Assembly: GCA_963575745.1 (NCBI GenBank)
Contig: CAUYUJ010000232.1
Span: forward strand, 1-64,000
Source of the DNA: Prorocentrum cordatum
Lineage: Eukaryota
Length of the DNA stretch: 64,000 nucleotides
Direction of reading: 5' to 3'
Part shown: one piece after another, positions 11,461 through 25,689 of the stretch
How the letters are laid out: every line of letters starts with the position of its first letter
Numbering within the stretch: position 1 is the stretch's first letter
Program-made: the position numbers and the translations under genes
Notes under the pieces: model-generated
What the model was told of the DNA's origin: nothing
Databases searched by the model: none
The model's input: only the letters and a program-made list of their open reading frames with translations

Positions 11461-12793
11461 CATACTAAGAACGTAGGATATCTCATAAGCCCAGGACACA
11501 ACAGGACGCTTCCCGTTCTTGTCTGGTCAGGTTCTCGCAGCCTGATGGCCCACAAGGGGGCCGGTGGATTTTTGTTTTCGGGGCACTCGATTTTGAGATC
11601 TTTGCGGCGCCGATGTTTTTTGAGGGTTTCGGCATGCGTGCGCGACGACGCGCGCGTGTGCCCATCGTCCCGATTTTTGCAAGGGGTTCTCGAATGCTGA
11701 TGATTTTTGATACACGCGTGCGCGCGTAGTACTCTTTTGCAGAGGATGAGGGGGGGCGATATTGGCCTGGCTGGCGTGGTCTGCGAATGCATATTTCGCA
11801 TGGACGATGGGGCAGAATCGCATGTACATTGCAGTACGAAAAGGAATATTGTTAATTTCGGGCATGGGGGATCGGGGGGTTAGATCCTATTATTTTCAAG
11901 AATGGAGCATCTATGTCGTGCAATGTGTGTGTGTGTGATGTGACTTATGTTGTACACAGCGCAAACCAACGCGCCGCAAAACAGTGCGCATCAAGACGTG
12001 ACCGTGCAAGCGCATGCGTGCAGTGCAGAGCAGCGCAAACGAATGCTGAGCGGTGCAGAGCAGCGCGAAGCCGTGCACATATGGTGAACTCTGGCGGTGG
12101 CGACGAGCGGCGACGGCGGCGACGGGGCGGCGACGGTGATGACATCGTCGCCAGACCGACAGCGCAGGTCCAGCTCAGAGGGCGGCGACGAGGCGGCGAC
12201 GGGGCGCCGGCGGCGCCAAGCTGGCCGCCAGACCGACCGGCAGGCCCCAGCGACGGGGCGGCGACGGCGCGGCGACGGGGCGGCGACGGCGACAGCACCG
12301 CCGCCAGGCCGACAGACCGGCCAGGTCCTCGTGGCATGAGTTAGAGGCCCGAGGTGCAAGCCTTGCTTCCTGGGATCTCACAGGGATTCGTATTGAGAGC
12401 TCCATGGGACCCGAAGGCACTCCAGCTCGCGGCCCAGGGCACGGTGGCGCAATTTTTTTTAGCAATTTCATGTGGCTGTGGCCGTGGATGCGCAATTCAA
12501 AACTAAGACGGCTCCCGACGTGCAGGTCCAAGGCGCGCTGATGTTTCCAGCGGGCGCCCGCCGAAGTGGAACGAATCGGTAGAGAAAGGGGGTACTTTGG
12601 ACGGCATGTTGCACTGCAGCACCGGTGGTGCTTGCTAGGGTCAGTCATGTCCTGCTCCCTCCTCGCCCCGCCTCTCATTTCCGAGACTTCCGAGTACCTC
12701 TGTACCTCGGCGAAAACGCTGCTCCTCCCCTCTCCCCTCCTCCCCCTCCTCGTCTCCCCCTCCTCACTCCAGCTCTCCGACATTGGTAAATTG

Positions 12794-12833
<40 letters not shown>

Positions 12834-13309
12834 CGCCTGAGGGTCTCTAGTCCCTGGCGTACGTGTTGCTGGCTTCTTGTGCTGTTCCACGCTTCAGGAA
12901 GCGATCCCTCGCTCTCCTTTCGCCCGTCGGCGGGGGACTCAGGTCTGGCAGGCCCCTTTACCAGCCCTGCACACCCCCGACGGTAGTCCCCTGGCTGGAA
13001 CTCTTTCGTGGACGCTCCGTAGTCCCCAGTCCGTAGCCCCCCTCTCCCCCGCTTTCCTCCAATGTCCGTGGACCTCCCCGTCTGGAGCCTCTCGAGGCTC
13101 CCGAGACGTGCCGGCCGCGGCCCTCCGCTCTTCCCGCCGCAGGCCGCCGCTGTTCGCCGTCGGTCCGGCATCCGCGCGAAGCCCCCCCCCGAGCGTGCGA
13201 GGGCCGCCCGTCGCCGCGCTGGCGCGGGAGGACCGCCGTGCGCCTGTCCCTCTGTCTGCTGCACGCGCGATCCCAAGGCTCTGGGCCTCCTGCAGCGAGA
13301 AATCAGAGC

Positions 13310-13510
13310 TTCCCCACCCTCCCCCTCCCCCTCCCGCGCTCCCCCCTTCCCCCTCCCCCCCCCCTCCCCCTCCCCCCTCCCCCTCCCCCTCCCCCCCCCC
13401 CTCCCCCTCCACCTCCCCCTCCCCCCTCCCCCTCCCCCTCCCCCTCCCCCTCCCCTCCCCCCCCCTCCCCTTCCCCTGCCCCCATCCCCCCCTCCCCCTC
13501 CCCCTCCCCG
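13310..13510. repeat. (CCCCCT)n tract (G-quadruplex-prone on the minus strand)
   Basis: Read directly from the sequence. Confidence 0.9.
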
Positions 13511-14154
13511 CGCTCGGCGGCTCCCAGTGCAGCCGCCCGGGCCGCTCGGGGGAAGCCACTTCGCGCAGCCGCCGCAGCCGCAGGCGAGCTAGCCGCGCCC
13601 GGAAAGGGCCGTCGTCGGCGTCGTCGGCGGCGGCGACGTCGGCAGCAACGTCGTCCTCGTCTTCCTCTCTGTTCTCTCCCTCCTCTCCCTTTTTCCCCCA
13701 GAGTCCATGTCCTGTCGTGTCCTGTATCGACGCCTGTCAAGTCTTGTCCCACTTAGCACCCCCGGCATCTCTGCCTCTCTCTTCCCTCCCGCTCCTCACG
13801 CTCCTCCCCCCTCCTCCGTTTCTCCTTCCTCCTGCCTCCCCGCGCTGCCTCGTGGCGGACCCAGCAAGCCGGCACTGCGGGCTGACGCGTCCCCGCGCCC
13901 GTTGGCGCGCCTATTACGCAGTCGGCGGGTCGGCGGATCCCGCCCACTGGGCTCTCCCCGCTGTGCACGCCGCTGCGTGACAGGCGGTGTAGCCAGCGAC
14001 GTCCGCCCCGAGGCTCTCGCAGGGCTCGCGGCTCGCCGCGCCCGCCCCGTGCCCGTCGGGATGCGCGGCTGCCTCGTCGGCCGCGCAGGCCGGCTTTGCC
14101 ATTTCGCGTGGTGCTTCTTGGCAATTCGGTTCGCTCTGACCACGCCGTTGCTGC

Positions 14155-14996
14155 GAACTCTTGACGCTTCGCGTGTGCCCACCAGCCCCACTTTTGGCTG
14201 CGCCGAGCCCAGTTCCGCTCTGAGCCGGGCGCTGCTCGCTTCGTTGTTTTTTCCTTTGCTTCGGCGCGGCCCGCCCTAGCTTGCACGGCGTTCGACTCGT
14301 CTCCGCGCGCCCTCGTACCAAAAGGTGTCCCCACCAGCCCATCCAACAACATACACCAGGCGAGTTACTTTGATCATAGAGCGAGGACAGGCAACCACTC
14401 GACTAAAGCAGCCACAGGCTCCCTGTGCGTTTGGTGGGTGGCCTCCGCGTCATTGCGTGCGTTTCGCGGCCCCTCGTGGTAGCCCTAGGTGAGTGGTTGC
14501 TTGTCGTCGCCTGCGGGTCTTCTGCTCATGGTGCCTCTTGGATGCCTCTTGGAGCCATGATGGAGCTGGAGCCATCATGAAAACTTTGGGGGCCTCTTGA
14601 GGCTCTCTTGCGGCCCTCTTGGGCCTCTCGTGGGGCCCTCTTGGAGGCCCTCTTGAAACCATCTTGGAAGCCATCGATCAAAGAAAAGAGGGTATTCAAG
14701 TAGGCTCCCCCGTCTGGGCCCGAAAATTGGCCTCTTGGGGCCGGCCGTCTTGGGGTGCTCTTAGGGTGCTCGTGGGTGCTCTTGTGGCCGTCTTGGGGCC
14801 ATTCTGGGCCCTTCTGGGGGCCCTCTTGGGCCATTTTGGAGCCATTTTGAGGCCACTTGGGGCCAAAAAGAACCCGCTCACACCTCGCGGGGCGTCTTCG
14901 GGGAGGGGGACCCTCCTCCCCGAAGCCCAAACGAGAAGAAGGTGGTTGGCAGAACGAGCTCCCAGGACCACTCAAGCCCTACAGGGCTGGCGGGAT
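14155..14996 (-). mobile_element. Non-autonomous Helentron-like element A
   Basis: Stem-loop acgc-ttc-gcgt (14164-14174) beside cccaccagccc (14178-14188). Inverted counterpart gggctggcggg at 14984-14994 overlaps a hairpin. Interior of ggcctcttgg repeats. Confidence 0.55.
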
Positions 14997-15363
14997 GACA
15001 CAGCCCGCGCAGGGGTCCGCGTGCCCCGTGCCCGCGTGGGGGTCCTGCCCCGTGCCCGCGTAGGGGTCCGCGGCGCCACGCGCCGTCGCCTCGGGCGGTT
15101 ATGGCTCAGCCCCGTGCCCGCTCTGGGGTCTGGCGCACACCTTCGCACTCCGCACCCACGCCTTCGCCGCTCGGTGGCGCCTTGCGTCCCCGGCGTCCTG
15201 CATCCGCTTGCCGCTGCGCTCGGGGGGCAGCCCCCCCCCCCCCCAGGCCCAGCTTGCTACGCGCAGTGGCCGCCTGCTGGCCCGTCGTGCAGTGATAAAC
15301 TGCGTCACCGCCGCGATGTGCGCCGTGGTGCCGAGAATGGCCCTGGGGTGCGGCTGGGTTTGT

Positions 15364-15530
15364 CAGGAGGGAAAGAAACACACAGACACAATGAATCGTC
15401 GATTCCCCAGAAAAATAGGCAAGCATATGGGAATTGGGGGGGAAGACGAAAACCCAGAAAATATTGGGAAAATATGGGGGCTCTCTTTATTTGTGTGTAT
15501 CTATTTGTGTGTTCCAGGGCCCCTTCATTG
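15364..15530. repeat. Dispersed ~165-bp repeat, copy 1
   Basis: caggaggga..aaacacacagacacaat..aatcgtcga..tttgtgtgt.ccagggccccttca; second copy at 61561-61724. Confidence 0.8.
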
Positions 15531-16749
15531 TTTCGCAGCGTAGCGCGGTGCTGCGGACCGCTCTCGCCCCGCCGTGCCACGGTGGGCGGAGCCCCGTGCT
15601 CACCATCCGCTGCTGCGCGCGCCCCGTGCGTGGCTCGAACGGCCGCGTGAAAAAGCATGGGTTCTGAGAGCCCCAGCTGCCCAGACGGACGCGACACCGT
15701 CAGGTCCACGCGGCTTCCTCCCTCTTCTTCCTCTTCCTCATCCCCTTCCCTTTTCCCTCGCGCTTCCTCCCTCCTCTCTCTTCTCGTCCCCCCCTCCCCC
15801 TCCTCCCTTCTCCTCCGTCCTTCTTCGTCCCTCTCCTCCGTTCTCCCTTTTTTTCCATTTGCTCAGCATTCATGCTACTCTCCTCTCTCCCTGGATCCAG
15901 GCTGAGCCGGGCTGATTGTCTCCAGCATGTTGGTGTTCAACGCAGATGATGTCAACTTTGCTTCTTTGTCTATCGGAGCGCTTGTGTTTTTCAAGAGGCA
16001 GTTCTCGCTGCAGCGTTGGCCTCATTTCGGGATCGGCGTTTTACTCCCGCCTTTCAGATTGGGGCTCTCGCCCGCGGGCCTGATTTCTGGGTCGGAGTCC
16101 ATTTCTCCTCGTTGTCGCCCCCTTTTCCTCCTCAGCCTTCCCCTGGTCCTCCAGCTCCTTCCACCCTTCCTACTCTTGCTCCTGATGTTGCGGCCGCTCC
16201 TCCTCGTCCTCCTGCTCCGTCCTCGTCCTGCTCATCCGCCACCTTCTTCTCTTCCACCTCTTCCGATGTACACAGGTCTCCTTGTCTTCCCCTTCATGGC
16301 TTGGTTCAATGCCCACCAGTAGAAAAGCGTAGAAGATAAGTTGGCGATGGACACTGGGACCTCGACGACGAAGTTTATGATCAGTTCGATCGTGAGGATG
16401 AGGATGACGGTGAGGATGTGCAGCATGAGCGGGGATAATGTCAGCAGTACGACGAAGATGATGGTAATGACGGGGACAGATAATTTGCAAACACAGCCAC
16501 AGCAAGGGGAGGATAAGGAGAATAAGGAGGACGGAAAGAGCGTGTTCTACCGCTGCTGGCGGAAAACCAGGGGGGGTGGTCACTGGGGGTTCCCAACCCC
16601 CCCCCCCCTGGAAACAGGGGGGGGTCACTACCGGTTCGACCCCCCCCCCCCAAGTCCATCATGAAAAGGGGGGGGGGGGGAGGGGGCTCCCCCCCTGAGA
16701 TTTCCTTGCAATTCACTCACAGACGAGGCCCCCGCCTGATACTCCTTTT

Positions 16750-18288
16750 ATTGCGAAGGCCTGACGGCCGGTGCCGCCGACCCTGTTCGCAATGCGCAGC
16801 AAGAGATTACGAGGTTGCTCAAGGTCGGCTTGGCTGGAGCCCAGGGGAAGAGGAGTCCCAGGGGGGGGCGTCGTATCTGACCCGGGGGGGGGGTCGCTAC
16901 CCCCCCCCCCCTCCCGGCGGGGGAGGGATCAAAGGGAAGGGGCTTCCCTTCGACTCAATTACGAGGTTGCTCAAGGTCGGCTTGGCTGGAGCCCAGGGGA
17001 AGAGGAGTCCCAGGGGGGGGCGTCGTATCTGACCCGGGGGGGGGTCGACACCCCCCCCCCCCTCCCGGCGGGGGAGGGATCAAAGGGAAGGGGCTTCCCT
17101 TCGACTCAATTACGAGGTTGCTCAAGGTCGGCTTGGCTGGAGCCCAGGGGAAGAGGAGTCCCAGGGGGGGGCGTCGTATCTGACCGGGGGGGGGGGTCGA
17201 CACCCCCCCCCCCCCTCCCGGCGGGGGAGGGATCCAAAGGGAAGGGCTTCCCTTCGACTCAATTACGAGGTGCTCAAGGTCGGTCTTGGCTGGAGCCCGG
17301 GGAAGATGAGCCCCAGGGGGGGCGTCGTAGCTGAACCGGGGGGGGGGGTGGTCGACAAACACCCCCCCCCCGCTCCCGGCTGGGTAGGGATCAAAGGGAA
17401 GGTGCTTTCGCGCAGCAAAAGATTACGAGGTTTGCTCAAGGTCGGCTTGGCTGGAGCCCAGGGGAAGAGGAGTCCCAGGGGGGGGCGTCGTATCTGCCCC
17501 GGGGGGGTGGGGTCGCTACCCCCCCCCCTCCTCCCGGCGGGGGAGGGATCAAAGGGAAGGGGCTTCCCTTCGACTCAATTACGAGGTTGCTCAAGGTCGG
17601 CTTGGCTGGAGCCCAGGGGTTGCTCAAGGTCGGCTTGGCTGGAGCCCAGGGGAAGAGGAGTCCCAGGGGGGGGCGTCGTATCTGACCCGGGGGAGGGATC
17701 AAAGGGAAGGGGCTTCCCTTCGACTCAATTACGAGGTTGCTCAAGGTCGGCTTGGCTGGAGCCCAGGGGAAGAGGTCTCCCAGGGAAAGGGAAGGACAGA
17801 GACGACAAGTACAAAGAATGACGGAGATGACGGCTCGAACGGAAAAGCCCCTCACACACGCCGACAGGGTCGGCGGAAGAGGAGTCCCAGGGGGGGGCGT
17901 CGTATCTGACCCGGGGGGGGGGTCGACACCCCCCCCCCCCCTCCCGGCGGGGGAGGGATCAAAGGGAAGGGGCTTCCCTTCGACTCAATTACGAGGTTGC
18001 TCAAGGTCGGCTTGGCTGGAGCCCAGGGGAAGAGGAGTCCCAGGGGGGGGCGTCGTATCTGACCCGGGGGGGGGGTCGCTACCCCCCCCCCCCTCCCGGC
18101 GGGGGAGGGATCAAAGGGAAGGGGCTTCCCTTCGACTCAATTACGAGGTTGCTCAAGGTCGGCTTGGCTGGAGCCCAGGGGAAGAGGTCTCCCAGGGAAA
18201 GGGAAGGACAGAGACGACGAGTACAAAGAATGACGGAGATGACGGCTCGAACGGAAAAGCCCCTCACACACGCCGACAGGGTCGGCGG
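16750..18288 (-). mobile_element. Non-autonomous Helentron-like element C, inserted in the T-run of a 160-bp satellite unit
   Basis: Perfect 13-bp inverted pair ccgccgaccctgt (16774-16786) / acagggtcggcgg (18276-18288). Outer stem-loop ggcc-tgac-ggcc at the left, hairpin cgccgac-agg-gtcggcg at the right. The flanks rejoin into one satellite unit at TTTT. Confidence 0.7.
16806..18190. repeat. ~151-bp tandem array (~9 copies) inside element C
   Basis: attacgagg..gctcaaggtcgg recurs near 16806, 16957, 17108, 17261, 17421, 17577, 17727, 17987 and 18139. Units carry G-run/C-run hairpins. Confidence 0.93.
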
Positions 18289-18289
18289 T

Positions 18290-19090
18290 TTTTCAGGCCT
18301 CACGGGCCCACAAGTGACGACAGTTGCAGGAGTCCGATGACCCGCCGCGGATTATTCATATGAACTGCAAGCCCCATTGGGAGGGGGCTCCCGCCTCAGA
18401 CTTCCTCGCAATTCACTCACAGACGAGGTTCCCGCCAGATACTGCCTCCATTTTCAAGCTTGAGGAGCCCAAAAGTGACGACAGTTGCAGGAGGCCGATG
18501 ACCCGCCCCGGATTACTTGTATGAGCTGCGGGCCCCGTGGGGAGGGGGCTCCCGCGTGAGACTCCCTGGCAATTCACTCACAGACGAGGTTCCCGCCAGA
18601 TACTCCCTCCATTTTCAAGCCTCAGGGGCCCAAAAGTGACGACAGTTGCAGGAGGCCGATGACCCGTTCGGATTGCTCATATGAGCTGCGGGCCCCACAA
18701 GGAGGGGGCTCCCGCGTGAGACTTCTTCCCACCTCGCTCACAGACGAGGCTCCCACCGCCTGATATCGCCTCCATTTTCAAGCCTCAGGGCCCAAAAGTG
18801 ACGACATTTGCAGGAGGCCGATGACCCGCTTCGGATTGCTCACATGAGCTGTGGGCCCCACAGGGAGGGGGCTCCCGCGTGAGACTTCCTAGCAATTCGA
18901 ACACAGACGAGGCTCCCGCCTGATACCTCCTTCATTTTCAAGCCTCAGGACCCAAACGTGACGACAGTTGCAGGAGGCCGATGACCCGCCTCGGATTACT
19001 CATAGGCGCTGCGGGCCCCCATAGGGAGGGGGCTCCCGCTTGAGACTTCCTAGCAATTCACTCACAGACGAGGCTCCCACATGATACTTT
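18290..19090. repeat. ~160-bp satellite, diverged array (~5 copies)
   Basis: aagtgacgacagttgcagga..ccgatgacccg..gggggctccc..ttcactcacagacgagg with ~161-bp spacing. Confidence 0.92.
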
Positions 19091-19139
19091 CTCAAATCTG
19101 GGTGTGAGGGAGGGAGTGACTGAATGAATGAGTGCGTGA

Positions 19140-21519
<2,380 letters not shown>

Positions 21520-21520
<1 letters not shown>

Positions 21521-23310
21521 GACCAGTGCACACCCAAGGGTCCTCAACAATGTCGGAGTAAACCCTCCTTCCAAGCTCTTTTTTTCGCAGGCCCCTACAA
21601 GGGTTCATTTCCACTGAGGAAACAGCCTTGTTGGAAGACAACCGTGTGAAGACCTTGAAGCATTCTGAAACATCGTTCTCGGGATTCCAACGCCATGGAT
21701 CAATCTGACTGTTGCGTCTTGACGTTTTTGAATCGTGCCAGAACGCCATTCCTGGGACTCCAACACTGCGGACCATCGTAATTGTTGTACCATCATAATC
21801 CTGAATCCTTCCAATACGCCAATTCTGGTACGCTGCTCATGGGAATCCGTAGGACTCTTGCGAACTTGTAAAGCGAATGTAAGCGGCGCTTAGGCGAAAA
21901 TCAAATTTTGAAAACCACCCGCCCTCAATCCGTGAATCTCTTGCAAATGTTGATAACGAATGTGCGCGGCGCTAAGGCGAGAGCCACATTTTGAAAACGA
22001 GCCGCCTTCAATCCGTGAAACTCTTGAAACTGTTCAAAACGAATGTGCGCGGCGCTAAGGCGAGAGCCACATGCTGAAAACGATTCGCCCTCAATCCGTG
22101 AAGCTCTTGCAGGGGGTTCTAAATTGTGGGGAGGTTTCAGGCGAAAGGCCGGCCCGCCCTAAAAACTGGCCTCGGGGTGCGACAGGGAACAGTTGTTTAT
22201 AAGGAACAGGAATGCAGGAAAAGGAATGGAGGATCAAGAGGAGGAGGAGGAGGAGGAGGAGGAGGAGGAACAGGAGGAGGAGGAGGAGTAGGAGGAGGAG
22301 GAACAGGAGGAGGAGGAGGAGGAGGAGGAGGAGGAGGAGGAGAAGAGGAGGCGGAGGATGACGAGGAAGACCAGTGCAAACCCAGGAGTCATCAACGATG
22401 TTACAGTAAACCCTCCCTCCAAGCTCCCTCTTCATATGCCCCATACAAGGGTTCATTTCCACTGAAGGAACTGTCTCGTCGGAAGACGACCGTTTGAAGA
22501 CTCTGAAGCATGCCGAAACATAGTTCTCGGGATTCCAACGCCACGGATCAACCTGACTGTTGCGTCGTGACGAACCTGAATTGTGCCAGAACACCATTTC
22601 TGGGACTTCAACGCCGCGAACCAACGTACCTGTTGCACCATCAAAATCCGGAATCTTCCAGAACGCTAGTCCTGGTACGTTGGTCACGGAAATCCGTGAA
22701 CAATTTGCCAATGTTATAAACGAGTATGCGCGGCGCTGAGGCGAGAGCCACATTTTGGAAAGGAGCCGCCCTTAATCCGTGAAGCTCTTTTCTAAATTTG
22801 TGCAACGAATGTAAGCGGCGCTAGGGCGAGAGCCACATATTGAAAACCACCCGCCCTCAATCCGCGAATCTCTGGCAATTTTTAAACATGAGTGTGTGCG
22901 GCGCTGAGGCGAGAGCCACATGTTGGAAAGGAGCCGCCCTCAATTTGTGAAGCTCCTGCAAATTTGTAAAACGAATGTGCGCGGCGCTGAGGCGAGAGCC
23001 ACATGTTGAAAGCGATTCGCCCTCAATCCATGAATCTCTGGCAAATTTTCGAAACGAAGGTGCGCGGCGCCAAAGCGACAGCCACGTTTTGAAAACGATC
23101 CGCCCTCCATCTGCGAAGCTGTTGCCAATCTTTAAGCTTCAGGGGGTTATAAATTGTGAGGAGGTTTCAGGCGAAACGCCCGACCCGCCCTAAAACTTGC
23201 CTCGGGGTGCGACAGGGAACAGTTGTTTGTATGGATAAGGAGGAGGAGGAGAAGGAGGAGGAGGAGGAGGAGGAGGAGGAGAAGGAGGAGAAGGAGGAGG
23301 AGGAGGAATC
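21520..23310. repeat. Higher-order composite repeat, two units: ~330-bp head + (83 bp)n + tail + (GGA)n
   Basis: Head gaccagtgca.accca at 21521 and 22369. Subrepeat gaatgtgcgcggcgctaaggcgagagccacat at 83-85-bp spacing. Tail cctcggggtgcgacaggga before each GGA tract. Confidence 0.88.
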
Positions 23311-23325
23311 ATCGAACTCTCCCCC

Positions 23326-23448
23326 AGGGGCAGTTCCAGCAGCCGGGGCAGTTCCAGCAGCCGGGGCAGTTCCAGCAGCAGCCGGGCCAGTTCCAGCAGC
23401 CGGGGCAGTTCCAGCAGCAGCCGGGCCATTTCCAGCAGCCGGGGCAGT

Positions 23449-23481
<33 letters not shown>

Positions 23482-23483
23482 TC
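23326..23483. repeat. 18/21-bp minisatellite (ggggcagttccagcagcc), reading GQFQQP repeats on +
   Basis: Read directly; about 7 copies ending in a CAG run. Confidence 0.85.
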
Positions 23484-25689
23484 GCCGGCCAATGCCTCAG
23501 GCGTCCTTGATCCGCTTGCCGAAGGTTGGTCGGGATGCTTTGTCTTCGCGCTGATGTTTGGCAGAAGCTTCTTGGCTCCTGGGGGGATCGTCGCAGCGAT
23601 ATCTCGATGACGCGGATCGAATAACCAGGGACCGTCCTTTTTTTGAGCGGATTCTGGATCGAATATGTAAGCAGCGTAAATCCGTCCAGTCAGGACTGCT
23701 GAGTAGAGGCCAGCTTCTCGGTTTGGCGGGTGGAAGGGGTCCGGGCTGTGGAGCAGCACGACGCCCAACCCGATGCCCAGTTCGACGGTATGCAGGAAGA
23801 CGACCGAGCCACCTGCAAGCAGCAGCATGCATCTGCAGCGGCCAGCGCGGGACTGCCCTGGAGCGGGACCGAGCAGATTACTCTGAAGACCGATGAATGG
23901 GTGTGACCCGTCGGGCTCTGGCCATCGCTCGCAACGCCAACACAGGGCCCTGGCTTGCTAGGGGCCGCGGCAGCGGCGGCTGTTGGCACGGCGCCAGTAG
24001 AGACGGCTTGGCCCGTGGCCAAACCCGACGCCCAGCATGACGCCCCGCACGACGCCCTGCGCGGAGACCGAAATACGGAAGGCCACTCTGTGGCTGGCGC
24101 AACTGCAGCATCGGCGGCGACGGCACTGGCTTTCGGAGCAGCCTAAGGAATGGAAGGCTGCACCCAGCTGGCGCGGCTGCGGCCACAGCGGCGACGGCCT
24201 CGGCTTTCGGCGAGGGCTGCACGGAGCACGACGCTCAGCCCGAAGCCCAGCCCATTGCCATGCTCTTACAGCACGAGGCTTCCCTGGAGGCGAGGAGGAT
24301 GGCAGAGGCGGCACCGACTTCGACCGACGCCCTGCGTGACGCTGCCGCCCACAGCGTTGCGCTCGAGGCCCGGTTGGAGCGCTGCGTCAAGGCACGCACG
24401 GCTGCCCAGAGCGGGGGCTGCCGCGGCTCAGCAATGCGGCAAACAGGCTTGGTGCTTAGGGCTGCCAGGCTGCAAGCCGCCGCATGCTCCCTGCGGCTCC
24501 TGCTCGAGTCGTACAGGTGGTTCCGCGGCCGCCGCCAGCGCGGCTGCGCCCAGCTACATGTTGTAAAGGAGCCAGGCGCGGCAGGCAAGCCGTTCCGTCC
24601 CGAGGGGGCGTCGAGCAGAGACGGCTGCTGCAGTCGCTGCGAGATGAGACGGCGGCGAACCTCCACTTGGCGCCCGTCGGACCCACAGCGCCGCTGCCGT
24701 GGCGGCGGGCGTTCAGCATGCCTCGGGCACGACCCCACCCAGGCAAGCCGAGTAGTCCATCCGTTTTGTGTGTGAGGCTCGAGGCGGCCTGGGCTGTGGA
24801 AGGGGGAGACCTTGGCGAGGCTCGATGAGGCCGCTCCCGACCTCTCAGAAGCTGCGGCGAGCATGCTGGGGCCAGGCCCTGGACCTGGTCGCACCACCCG
24901 CCCGGCTTGCCGTTGTGTTGGGCGTATGAAAAAAAATACTCCGACGGAAGGACCCCACATGAGAATCTCTTTAGCTTGCATGGGGGTATCCTCCTGCCCC
25001 TTCCCTTCTCCCACCTACTCTTGCCTCCTCGTTCTCCTCCTGTCTGCTCCTCCTCCTGCCTCAACCCCTGCCTCTTCCTCCTCTTCTTGCCTCCTCCACC
25101 TCCTCCCCCTCCCCCTCGTTATGCTTCCTCCCCCCCATTCCCCCTGCCCCTCCTGCCTCCTGCCTCCTCCTCCTGCTCTCCCTCTCCCTTCTCCCCTCCT
25201 CCTCCTCTCCTCCTCCTCCTCATCCCCTGTCCTCCTCCTCTCCCTCTCCCTCATCCGCTTCCTCCTCCTCCTCCTCCTCGTTTCCATATTCCTCCCCCCT
25301 CCTCCCCCCCCCCTTCCTCCTCCTCCTCCTCCTCCTCCTCCTCCTCCTCCTCCTCCTCCTCCTCCTCCTCCTCCTGCCTCCTCCTTAGGCCTCCTGCCCC
25401 CTCCTGGGGCCTCCTGGGGCCTCTTGGGGCCTCCTGGAGCCTTCTGGGCCTTCCGGGACCTACTGGGGCCTCCTCGGGCATTCCTCCTCCTCCTTTTCCT
25501 CCTCGTCCTTCCTCCCCTCAGCCTCTTCCTCTTCCTGCTTTCCTGTCTCGTCCTGCATCATCCCTCTTCCTTTTCCTGGCAATCCTCCTCCTCCTCGTCC
25601 TCGTGCGGAACACGACCCAGAGGAAGCGCACGACGTGCGTCCCAGCCGATACGCGCCGGAGGACGACCCAGAGGAAGCGCGAGCCGGAG

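Noticed and set aside
16806..18190. Tandem SL RNA genes (units contain gctcaag|gt)
   Set aside because: Only 7 nt match the SL 3' end; the CCGTAGCCATTTT part is absent.
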